64,000 nucleotides of DNA from the human T2T-CHM13v2.0 reference genome, Homo sapiens, in NCBI RefSeq assembly GCF_009914755.1, contig NC_060933.1; one strand, 5' to 3'. The notes below the pieces were generated by a model. It ran no database searches, was not told where the DNA came from, and saw only the letters and a program-made list of their open reading frames with translations. Position 1 is the stretch's first letter. The number at the start of each line of letters is the position of its first letter. Positions 1 to 12,200 of the stretch are shown here, one piece after another. A program made the position numbers and the translations under genes.

Positions 1-698
1 AATCAACCAGAGTGGACTGGAAGGGAATGGAATGGAATGGAAACTAATAGATTGGAATAAACCCGAGTGGAATGGAATGGAAAGGACTGGAATGGAATGG
101 AATGGAATGGAATGGAATCAACTCGATTGTAATGGAATGGAATGGAATGGAATGGAATGGAATGGAATGGAATGGAATTAACCCGAATACAATGGAATGG
201 AATGGAATGGAATGGAATGGAACGGAATGGAGTGGAATGGAATGGATTCAACCCGAGTGCAGGGGAATGGAATGGAATGGAATGCAATGGAATGGAATCA
301 TCCGGAATGGAGTGGAATGGAATGGAATGCAAAGCAATGGAATGAACTCGATTGCAATGGAAAGAGATGGAATGGAAAGGAATAGAATGGAATCAACCTG
401 ATTGGACTGGAATGGAAAGGACTGGAATGGAGTGGAATGGAATGGAATGGAATGGAATGGAATGCAATGGAATGGTATGGAATGGAATGGAATGGTACGG
501 AATAGAATGGAATGGAAGGAATTGTAATGGAATGGAATTCAATGGAATGGAATGGAATGGAATGGAATCAACGCGAGTGCAGGGGAATGTAATGGAACGG
601 AATGCAATGGAATGGAATCATCCGGAATGGAATGGAATGGAATAGAATGGAATCAACCCGAGTGCAATGGAATGCAGTGGAATGGAATGGAATGGAAT

Positions 699-770
699 GG
701 AACAACCCGAATGGAATGGAATGTAATGGAGAGTAAGGGAGTTGAATAGAATCAATCAGAATGTAATGGA
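699..770 (+). repeat. Recurrent non-pentameric landmark motif GGAACAACCCGAATGG...GAGAGTAAGGGAGTTGAATAGAATCAATC (representative copy)
   Basis: Recurs dozens of times in both orientations (e.g. ~1450, 2960, 3610, 4790, 6010, 7345, 8475, 9110; inverted at ~9860, 11040, 12550, 13780). Confidence 0.85.
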
Positions 771-1051
771 ATGGAATGCAACGGAATGGAATGGAATGGA
801 GTATAATGGAATGCAATGGAATGGAATCAACCCGAGTACAATGGAATGGAATGGAATGGAAAGGAATGGAATGGAATGCCTTCAACCCGAATGGAATGGA
901 AAGGAATGGAATCAACACGAGTGGAATGGAATGGAATGGAATGGAATGGAATGGAATGGAATGGAATGGAATGGAATGGAATGATACGGAATAGGATGGA
1001 ATGGAACGAAATGGAATGGAATGGAATGGAATGGAATGGAATGGAATGGAA

Positions 1052-1165
1052 TGGAATCGTTCCGAGTGGAATAGGAGGGAATGTATTCGAGTGGAATGGA
1101 AAGGAATGGAATCAACCAGAGTGGAATGGAAGGGAATGGAATGGAGTGGAAACTAATAGAATGGA
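1052..1165 (+). repeat. Recurrent landmark motif GGAATCGTTCCGAGTGGAATAGGAGGGAATGTATTCGAG...GGAAACTAATAG (representative copy)
   Basis: Also at ~1926 and ~6260. Inverted at ~12175, 13530, 15225, 18320 and 19885. Diverged B forms near 20880, 22170, 24230, 30890 and 31970. Confidence 0.85.
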
Positions 1166-1656
1166 ATCAACCATAGTGGAATGGAATGGAAAGGACTGGA
1201 ATGGAAAGGAATGGAATGGAATGGAATGGAATGGAATGGAATGGAATGGAATGGAATGGAATCAACGCGAGTGCAGGAGAATGGAATGGAATCGAATGGA
1301 ATGGAATGGAATGGAATCAACCCGAGTGCAGGGGAATGTAATGGAACGGAATGCAATGGAAAGGAATCATCCGGAATGGAATGGAATGGAATGGAATGGA
1401 ATCAACCCGAGTGCAATGGAATGGAGTGGAATGGAATGGAATGGAATGGAACAACCCGAATGGAATGGAATGTAATGGAGAGTAAGGCAGTTGAAAAGAA
1501 TCAATCCGAATGTAATGGAATGGAATGGAACGGAATGTAATGGAATGGAATGGAATGGAATGGAATGCAATGGAATGGAATCAACCCGAGTACAATGGAA
1601 TGGAATGGAATGGAATGGAATGGAACGGAATGGAATGGAATGGAATGCAATGGAAT

Positions 1657-1671
1657 GGAATCTTCCGGAAT
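1657..1671 (+). promoter_or_regulatory. Perfect 3-unit heat-shock element GGAAT-CTTCC-GGAAT (nGAAn nTTCn nGAAn); representative of 17 copies found
   Basis: Matches the HSF consensus. Other copies at 2246, 2526, 3505, 4368, 8102, 10376, 11179, 14250, 19263, 19303, 20575, 29034, 29907, 53266 (CTTCT), 59085 and 61625 (CTTCT). Function at this locus is untested. Confidence 0.6.
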
Positions 1672-4600
1672 GGAAAGGAATGGAATGGAATGGAATGGAA
1701 TGCAATGGAATGGAATCAACCCAAGTACAATGGAATGGAATGGAATGGAATGGAATGGAATGGAATGGAATGGAATGCCTTCAAACCTAAAGGAATGGAA
1801 AGGAATGCAATCAACACGAGTGGAATGGAATGGAATGGAATGGAATGGAATGGAATGGAATGATACCGAATAGAACGGAATGGAACGAAATGGAATGGAA
1901 TGGAATGGAATGGAATGGAATGGAATGGAATCGTTCCGAGTGGAATAGGAGGGAATGTATTCGAGTGGAATGGAAAGGAATGGAATCAGCAGAGTGGAAT
2001 GGAAGGGAATGGAATGGAATGGAAACTAATAAAATGGAATCAACCCGAGTGGAATGGAATGGAAACGACTGGAATGGAATGGAATGGCATGGAATGGAAT
2101 CAACTCGATTGTAATGGAATGGAATGGAATGGAATGGAATTAACCCGAATACAATGGAATGGAATGGAATTGAACGGAATGGAGTGGAATGGAATGGAAT
2201 CAACCCGAGTGCAGGGGAATGGAATGGAATGGAATGCAATGGAATGGAATCTTCCGGAATGGAATGGAATGGAATGGAATGGAATGGAATGGAATGGAAT
2301 TGAATGGAATGGAATGGAATCAACTCGATTGCAATCGAATGGAATGGAATGGAATTAACCCGAATAGAATGGAATGGAATGGAATGGAACGGAACGGAAT
2401 GGAATGGAATGGAATGGAATGGAATGGAACGGAACGGAACGGAATGGAATGGAATGGAATGGAATGGAATGGAATGGAATCAACGCGAGTGCAGGGGAAT
2501 GGAATGGAATGGAATGCAATGGAATGGAATCTTCCGGAATGGAATGGAATGGAATGAAATGCAATAGATTCAACTCGATTGCAATGGAATGGAATAGAAT
2601 GGAATGGAATAGAATCGAATGGAATGGAATGGAATGGAATGGAATGGAATGGAATTAACCCGAATAGAATGGAATGGAATGGAACGGAATGGAACGGAAT
2701 GGAATGGAATGGAATGCAATGGAATGATATGGAATGGAATGCAATGGTATGGAATAGAATGGAATGGAACGAATTGTAATGGAACGGAATTGAATGGAAT
2801 GGAATGGAATCAACGCGAGTTTAGGGGAATGTAATGGAACGGAATGCAATGGAATGGAATCATCCGTAATGGAATGGAATGGAATGGAATGGAATGGAAT
2901 GGAATGGAATCAACCCGAGAGCAATGGAATGGAGTGGAATGGAATGGAATGGAATGGAACAACCCGAATGTAATGGAATGTAATGGAGAGTAAGGGAGTT
3001 GAATAGAATCAATCCGAATGTAATGGAATGGAATGCAACGGAATGGAATGGAATGTAATGGAATGGAATGCAATGGAATGGAATCAACCCGAGTACAATG
3101 AAATGCAATGGAATGGAATGGAATGGAATGGAACGGAATGGAATGGAATGCCTTCAAACCGAATGGAATGGAAAGGAATGGAATCAACACGAGTGGAGTG
3201 GAATGGAATGGAATGGAATGGAATGGAATGGAATGGAATGATACGGAATAGAATGGAATGGAACAAAATGGAATGGAATGGAATGGAATGGAATGGAATG
3301 GAATGGAATGGAATCAACCAGAGTGGAATGGAAGGGAATGGAATGCAATGGAAACTAATAGAATGGAATCAACCCGAGTGGAATGGAATGGAAAGGACTG
3401 GAATGGAAAGGAATGGAATGGAATGGAATGGAATGGAATAGAATGGAATGGAATGGAATCAACGCGAGTGCAGGGGAATGGAATGGAATGGAATGCAATG
3501 GAATGGAATCTTCCGGAATGGAATGGAATGGAATGGAATGGAATGGAATGGAATGGAATGGAATTAACCCGAGTGCAATGGAATGGAGTGGAATGGAATG
3601 GAATGGAATGGAACAACCCGAATGGAATGGAATGTAATGGAGAGTAAGGGAGTTGAATAGAATCAATCCGAATGTAATGGAATGGAATGGAACGGAATGG
3701 AATTGAATGGAATGGAATGGAATGCAATGGAATGGAATCAACCCGAGTGCAATGGAATGGAGAGGAATGGAATGGAATGGAATGGAAACTACCCGAATGG
3801 AATGGAATTGAATGTAATGGAGTGTAAGGGAATTGAATAGAATGAATCCGAATGTAATGGAATGGAATGGAACGGAATGGAATGGAATGGAATGGAATGG
3901 AATGGAATGGAATGCAATGGAATGGAATCAACCCGAGTGCAATCGAATGGAATCGAATGTAATGGAAGGCAATGGAATGGATTCAACTTGAATGGAATGG
4001 AAAGAATGGAATCAACACGAGTGGAATGGCATGGATTGGAATGGAATGGAATGGAATCAACCCGAGTACAGGGGAATGGAATGGAATGGAATGCAATGGA
4101 ATGGAATCATCCGTAATGGAATGGAAAGGAATGGAATGGAATGGAATGGAATGGAATCAACTCGATTGCAATCGAATGGAGTGGAATGGAATTAACCCGA
4201 ATAGAATGGAATGGAATGGAATGGAACGGAACGGAATGGAATGGAATGGAATGGAATGGAATGGAATGGAACGGAAAGGAATGGAATGGAATGGAATGGA
4301 ATGGAATGGAATGGAATGGAATCAAAGCGAGTGCAGGGTAATGGAATGGAATGGAATGCAATGGAATGGAATCTTCCGGAATGGAATGGAATGGAATGGA
4401 ATGGAATGAAATGCAATGGATTCAACTCGATTGCAATGCAATGGAATAGAATGGAATGGAATGGAATGGAATGGAATGGAATGGAATGGAATGGAATTAA
4501 CCCGAATAGAATGTAATGGAATGGAATGGAACGGAATGGAACCGAAAGGAATGGAATGGAATGGTATGGAATGGAATGGAATGGTACGTAATAGAATGGA

Positions 4601-7600
4601 ATAGAACGAATTGTAATGGAATGGAATTGAATGGAATGGAATGGAATGGAATGGAATCAACGCAAGTGCAGGGGAATGTAATGCAACGGAATGCAATGGA
4701 ATGGAATCATCCGGAATGGAATGGAATGGAATGGAATGGAATCAACCCGAGTGCAATGGAATGGAGTGGAATGGAATGGAATGGAATGGAACAACCCGAA
4801 TGGAATGGAATGAAATTTAGAGTAAGGGAGTTGAATAGAATCAATCCGAATGTAATGGAATGGAATGCAACGGAATGGAATGGAATGGAATGGAATGGAA
4901 TGGAATGCAATGGAATGGAATCAACCCGAGTACAATGGAATGGAATGGAATGGAATGGAATGGAAAGGACTGGAATGGAATGGAATGGAATGGAATGGAA
5001 TGGAATCAACTCGATTGTAATGGAATGGAATGGAATGGAATGGAATGGAATGGAATTAACCCGAATACAATGGAATGGAATGGAATGGAACGGAATGGAG
5101 TGGAATGGAATGGAATCAACCCGAGTGCAGGGGAATGGAATGGAATGGAATGCAATGGAATGGAATCATCCGGAATGGAATGGAATGGAATGGAATGCAA
5201 AGAAATGGAATCAACTCGATTGCAATGGAATGGAATGGAATGGAAAGGAATACATTGGAATCAACCCGAGTGGAATGGAATGGAAAGGACTGGAATGGAA
5301 TGGAATGGAATGGAATGGAATGGAATGGAATCAACTCGATTGGAATGGAATGGAATGGAATGGAATGGAATGGAATGGAATTAACCCGAATAGAATGGAA
5401 TGGAATGGAATGGAACGGAATGGAACAGAATGGAATGTAATGGAATGGAATGGAATGGAATGGAATGGAATCAACCCGACTGCAGGGGAATGGAATGGAA
5501 TGGAATGCAATGGAATGCATTCAACTTGAATGGAATGGAAAGAATGGAATCAACACGACTGGAATGGCATGGATTGGAATGGAATGGAATGGAATCAACC
5601 CGAGTAGAGGGGAATGGAATGGAATGGAATGCAATGGAATGGAATCATCCGTAATTGAATGGAAAGGAATGGAATGGAATGGAATTAACCCGAATAGAAT
5701 GGAATGGAATGGAATGGAAAAGAATGGAACGGAAAGGAATGGAATGGAATGGAATGGAATAGAATGGTATGGAATGGAATGGAATGGTACGGAATAGAAT
5801 GGAATGGAACGAATTGTAATGGAATGGAATTGAATGGAATGGAATGGAATGGAATGGAATCAACGCGAGTGCAGGGGAATGTAATGGAACGGAATGCAAT
5901 GGAATGGAATCATCCGGAATGGAATGGAATGGAATGGAATGGAATGGAATGGAATGGAATCAACCCGAGTGCAATGGAATGGAGTGGAATGGAATGGAAT
6001 GGAATGGAACAACACGAATGGAATGGAATGTAATGGAGAGTAAGGGAGTTGAATAGAATCAATCCGAATGTTATGGAATGGAATGCAACGGAATGGAATG
6101 GAATGGAATGGAATGGAATGCAATGGAATGGAATCAACCCGAGTACAATGGAATGGAATGGAACGGAATGGAATGGAATAGAATGCAATGCAATGATACG
6201 GAATAGAATGGAATGGAACGAAATGGAATGGAATGGAATGGAATGGAATGGAATGGAATGGAATCGTTCCGAGTGGAATACGAGGGAATGTATTCGAGTG
6301 GAATGGAAAGGAATGGAATCAACAAGAGTGGAATGGAAGGGAATGGAATGGAATGGAAACTAATAGAAAGGAATCAACCCGAGTGGAATGGAATGGAAAG
6401 GACTGGAATGGAATGGAATGGAATGCAATCAACTCGATTGTAGTGGAATGGAATGGAATGGAATGGAATGGAATGGAATGGAATTAACCCGAATACAATG
6501 GAATGGAATGGAATGGAACGGAATGGAGTGGAATGGAATGGAATCAACCCGAGTGCAGGGGAATGGAATGGAATGGAATGCAATGGAATGGAATCATCCG
6601 GAATGGAATGGAATGGAATGGAATGCAAAGCAATGGAATCAACTCGATTGCAATGGAATGGAATGGAATGGAAAGGAATACATTGGAATCAACCCGAGTG
6701 GAATGGAATGGAAAGGACTGGACTGGAATGGAATGGAATGGAATGGAATTAACCCGAATAGAATGGAATGGAATGGAATGGAACGGAACGGAATGGAATG
6801 GAATGGAATGGAATGGAATGGAATGGAATGGAATCAACCCGACTGCAGGGGAATGGAATGGAATGGAATGCAATGGAATGGATTCAACTTGAATGGAATG
6901 GAAAGAATGGAATCAACACGAGTGGAATGGCATGGATTGGAATGGAATGGAATGGAATCAACCCGAGTACAGGGGAATGGAATGGAATGGAATGCAATGG
7001 AATGGAATCATCCGTAATGGAATGGAATGGAATGGAATGGAATGGAATGGAATGGAATGGAATCAACTCGATTGCAATCGAATGGAATGGAATGGAATTA
7101 ACCCGAATAGAATGGAATGGAATGGAATGGAACGGAACGGAATGGAATGGAATGGAACGGAATGGAAGGGAATGGAATGGAATAGAATGGAATGGAATGG
7201 AATCAACGCGAGTGCAGGGGAATGGAATGGAATGGAATGCAATGGAATGGAATCTTCCGAAATGGAATGGAATGGAATGGAATGCAATGGAATGGAATCA
7301 ACCCGAGTGCAATGGAATGGAGTGGAATGGAACGGAATGGAATGGAACAACCCGAATGGAATGGAATGTAATGGAGAGTAAGGGAGTTGAATAGAATCAA
7401 TCCGAATGTAATGGAATGGAATGGAACGGAATGGAATTGAATGGAATGGAATGGAATGCAATGGAATGGAATAAACACGAGTGCAATGGAATGGAGAGGA
7501 ATGGAATGGAATGGAATGGAAACTACCCGAATGGAATGGAATGTAATGGAGTGTAAGAGAATTGAATAGAATCATTCCGAATGTAATGGAATGGAATGGA

Positions 7601-9277
7601 ACGGAATGGAATGGAATGGAATGGAATGGAATGGAATGGAATGCAATGGAATGGAATCAACCCGAGTGCAATCGAATGGAATTGAATAGAATGGAATGCA
7701 ATGGAATGGATTCAACTTGAATGGAATGGAAAGAATGGAATCAACACGAGTGGAATGCCATGGATTGGAATGGAATGGAATGGAATCAACCCGAGTACAG
7801 GGGAATGGAATGGAATGGAATGCAATGGAATGGAATCATCCGTAATGTAATGGAAAGGAATGGAATGGAATGGAATGGAATGGAATGGAATGGAATGGAA
7901 TGGATTGGAATCAACTCGATTGCAATCGAATGGAATGGAATGGAATTAACCCGAATAGAATGGAATGGAATGGAACGGAACGGAACGGAATGGAATGGAA
8001 TGGAATGGAATGGAACGGAACGGAACGGAATGGAATAGAATGGAATGGAATGGAATCAATGCGAGTGCAGGGGAATGGAATGGAATGGAATGCAATGGAA
8101 TGGAATCTTCCGGAATGGAATGGAATGGAATGGAATGGAATGAAATGCAATGGAATGGAATTAATCCGAATAGAATGGAATGGAAAGGAATGGAACGGAA
8201 TGGAAAGGAATGGAATGCAATGGAATGGAATGGAATGGAATGGTATGGAATAGAATGGAATGGTACGGAACAGAATGGAATGGAACGAATTGTAATGGAA
8301 TGGAATTGAATGGAATGGAATGGAATCAACGCGAGTGCGGGGGAATTTAATGGAACGGAATGCAATGGAATGGAATCATCCGGAATGGAATGGAATGGAA
8401 TGGAATGGAATGGAATGGAATGGAATCAACCCGAGTGCAATGGAATGGAGTGGAATGGAATGGAATGGAATGGAACAACCCGAATGGAATGGAATGTAAT
8501 GGAGAGTAAGGGAGTTGAATAGAATCAATCCGAATGTAATGGAATGGAATGCAACGGAATGGAATGGAATGGAATGAAATGGAATGCAATGGAATTGAAT
8601 CAACCGGAGTACAATGGAATGGAATGGAATGGAATGGAATGGAATGGAATGGAATGGAATGATACGGAATAGAATGGAATGGAACGAAATGGAATGGAAT
8701 GGAATGGAATGGAATGGAATGGAATGGAATGGAATGGAATCAACCCGAGTGCAGGGGAATGGAATGGAATGGAATGCAATGGAATGGAATCATCCGGAAT
8801 GGAATGGAATGGAATGGAATGCAAAGCAATGGAATCAACTCGATTGCAATGGAATGGAATGGAATGGAAAGGAATACATTGGAATCAACCCGAGTGGAAT
8901 GGAATGGAAAGGACTGGAATGGAGTGGAATGGAATGGAATGGAATGGAATGGAATGGAATCAACTCGATTGGAATGGAATGGAATGGAATGGAATTAACC
9001 CGAATAGAATGGAATGGAATGGAATGGAACGGAAAGGCATGGAATGGAATGGAATGGAATGGAATCAACCCGAGTGCAATGGAATGGAGTGGAATGGAAT
9101 GGAATGGAATGGAACAACACGAATGGAATGGAATGTAATGGAGAGTAAGGGAGTTGAATAGAATCAATCCGAATGTAATGGAATGAAACGGAATGGAATG
9201 GAATGGAATGGAATGGACTGGAATGGAATGGAATGGAATGCAATGGAATGGAATCAACCCGAGTACAATGGAACGGA

Positions 9278-9284
9278 ATGGGTT
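9278..9284. other. Strand-switch (inversion) junction 1, GGAAT->ATTCC
   Basis: ...GAGTACAATGGAACGGAATG|GGTTTATTCCATTCC... No inserted foreign sequence. 1-2 shared G bases make the exact point ambiguous. Confidence 0.93.
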
Positions 9285-12200
9285 TATTCCATTCCATTCC
9301 ATTCCATTCCGGATGATTCCATTCCATTGCATTCCATTCCATTCCATTCCCCTGCACTCGTGTTGATTCCATTCCCTTCCATTCCATTCCATTCCGTTCC
9401 ATTCCATTCCATTCTATTCCGGTTAATTCCATTCCATTCCATTCCATTCCATTCCATTCCATTGCAATCGAGTTGATTCCATTCCATTCCTTTCCATTCC
9501 ACTCCATTGCCTTGCATTCCACTCGGGTTGATTCCATTCCCTTCTTTCCACTCCATTACATTCCCTTCCATGACTGATTCCATTCCATTCCATTCCATTT
9601 CATTCCATTGCAATCCATTCCAATCCATTCCATTCCATTCCATTCCACTCGAGTTGACTTCATTCCATTCCTTTCCATTCCATTCCATTCCTTTCCACTC
9701 GAGTTGATTCCATTCCATTCCAATCCATTGCATACCATTCCATGCCATTCCACTCGGGTTGATTCCATTCCTTTGCATTCCATTCCATTCCATTCCATTC
9801 CATTCCATTCCATTCCATTCCATTCCATTCCGTTGCACTCCATTCCATTACATTCGGATTGATTCTATTCAACTGCCTTACTCTCCATTACATTCCATTC
9901 CATTCGGATTGTTCCATTCCATTCCATTCCATTCCACTCCATTCCATTGCACTCGGGTTGATTCCATTCCATTCCATTCCATTCCATTCCATTCCATTCC
10001 GGATGATTCCATTCCATTCCATTCCATTCCATTCCATTCCATTCCATTCCGGATGATTCCATTCCATTGCATTCCGTTCCATTACATTCCCCTGCACTCG
10101 CGTTGATTCCATTCCATTCCATTCCTTTCCATTCAATTCCATTCCATTACAATTCGTTCCATTCCATTCTATTCCGTACCATTCCATTCCATTCCATACC
10201 ATTCCATTCCATTCCATTCCATTCCATTCCATTCCATTCCGTTCCATTCCGTTCCATTCCATTCAATTCCATTCTATTCGGCTTAATCCCATTCCATTCC
10301 ATTCTATTCCATTCTATTCCATTCCATTGCAACCGAGTTGAATCCATTGCATTTCATTCCATTCCATTCCATTCCATTCCGGAAGATTCCATTCCATTGC
10401 ATTCCATTCCATGCCATTCCCCTGCACTCGCGTTGATTCCATTCCATTCCATTCCATTCCATTCCATTCCATTCCGTTCCGTTCCATTCCATTCCATTCC
10501 ATTCTATTCAGGTTAATTCCACACCATTCCATTCGATTGCAATCGTGTTGATTCTATTCCATTCCATTCCATTCCATTCCATTCCATTCCATTCCTTTCC
10601 ATTCCATTACGGATGATTCCATTCCATTGCATTCCATTTCATTCCATTCCCCTGTACTCGGGTTGATTCCATTCCTTTGCATTCCAATCCATGCCCTTCC
10701 ACTCGTGTTGATTCCATTCTTTCCATTCCATTCAAGTTGAATCTATTCCATTGCATTCCATTCCATTCGATTCCATTCGATTGCACTCGGGTTGATTCCA
10801 TTCCATTGCATTCCATTCCATTCCATTCCATTCCATTCCATTCCGTTCCATTCCATTCCATTACATTCGGATTGATTCTATTCAATTCCCTTACACTCCA
10901 TTACATTCCATTCCATTCGGGTAGTTTCCATTCCATTCCATTCCATTCCTCTTCATTCCATTGCACTCGGGTTGATTCCATTCCATTGCATTCCATTCCA
11001 TTCCATTCCATTCCATTCCGTTCCATTCCATTCCATTACATTCGGATTGACTCTATTCAACTCCCTTACTCTCCATTACATTCCATTGCATTCGGCTTGT
11101 TCCATTCCATTCCATTCCATTCCACTCCATTCCATTGCACTCAGGTTTATTCCATTCCATTCCATTCCATTCCATTCCATTCCGGAAGATTCCATTCCAT
11201 TGCATTCCATTCCATTCCATTCCCCTGCACTCGCGTTGATTCCATTCCATTCCATTCCATTCCATTCCATTCCATTCCTTTCCGTTCCATTCCATTCCAT
11301 TCCATTCCATTTCATTCCATTCCATTCCATTCCGTTCCGTTCCGTTCCATTCCATTCCATTCCATTCTATTCGGGTTAATTCCATTCCATTCCATTCGAT
11401 TGCAATCGAGTTGATTCCATTCCATTCCATTCCATTCCATTCCATTCCTTTCCATTCCATTACGGATGATTCCATTCCATTGCATTCCATTCCATTCCAT
11501 TCCCCTGTACTCGGGTTGATTCCATTCCATTCCATTCCAATCCATGCCATTCCACTCGTGTTGATTACATTCTTTCCATTCCATTCAAGTTGAATCCATT
11601 CCATTGCATTCCCTTCCATTCCATTCCCCTGCAGTCGGGTTGATTCCATTCCATTCCATTCCATTCCATTCCATTCCATTCCATTCCATTCCATTCCGTT
11701 CCGTTCCATTCCATTCCATTTCATTCTATTCGGTTTAATTCCATTCCATTCCATTCCATTCCATTCCATTCCAATCGAGTTGATTCCATTCCATTCCATT
11801 CCATTCCATTCTACTCCATTCCAGTCCTTTCCATTCCATTGCACTCGGGTTGATTCCAATATATTCCTTTCCATTCCATTCCATTCCATTGCAATCGAGT
11901 TGATTCCATTGCTTTGCATTCCATTCCATTCCATTCCGTTCCGGATGATTCCATTCCATTGCATTCTATTCCATTCCATTCCCCTGTACTCGGGTTGATT
12001 CCATTCCATTCCACTCCATTCCGTTCCATTCCATTCCATTCCATTGTATTCGGGTTAATTCCATTCCATTCCATTCCATTCCATTCCATTCCATTACAAT
12101 CGAGTTGATTCCATTCCATTCCATTCCATTCCATTCCAGTCCTTTCCATTCCATTCCACTCGGGTTGATTCCATTCTATTAGTTTCCATTCCATTCCATT

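Larger units (their letters stand above)
1..9280 (+). repeat. HSat3 block 1, G-rich strand (GGAAT) on +, variant A
   Basis: GGAAT on + until ...GGAACGGAATG at 9280. A-type motifs include GGAACAACCCG, GAGAGTAAGGGAGTTG, TTCAACTTGAATGGAATGGAAAGAATGG and TCGATTGCAATCGA. Confidence 0.95.

Noticed and set aside
699-9180. CRISPR-like pattern of conserved landmark motifs separated by variable stretches
   Set aside because: The intervening sequence is satellite pentamer rather than unique spacers, spacing is irregular (hundreds of bp to over 1 kb), and there are no cas genes.
1-9280. Canonical G-quadruplexes
   Set aside because: The strand has mostly GG doublets with isolated GGG/GGGG runs far apart. 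I saw no cluster of four G3 tracts. Non-canonical GGA-paired fold-backs are a generic property of this satellite, not specific to this locus.
8835-9537. Chimeric MEWNG/IPFHS ORFs (also 49479..49877)
   Set aside because: They are read-through across the strand-switch junctions. They are useful as markers but are not fusion genes.
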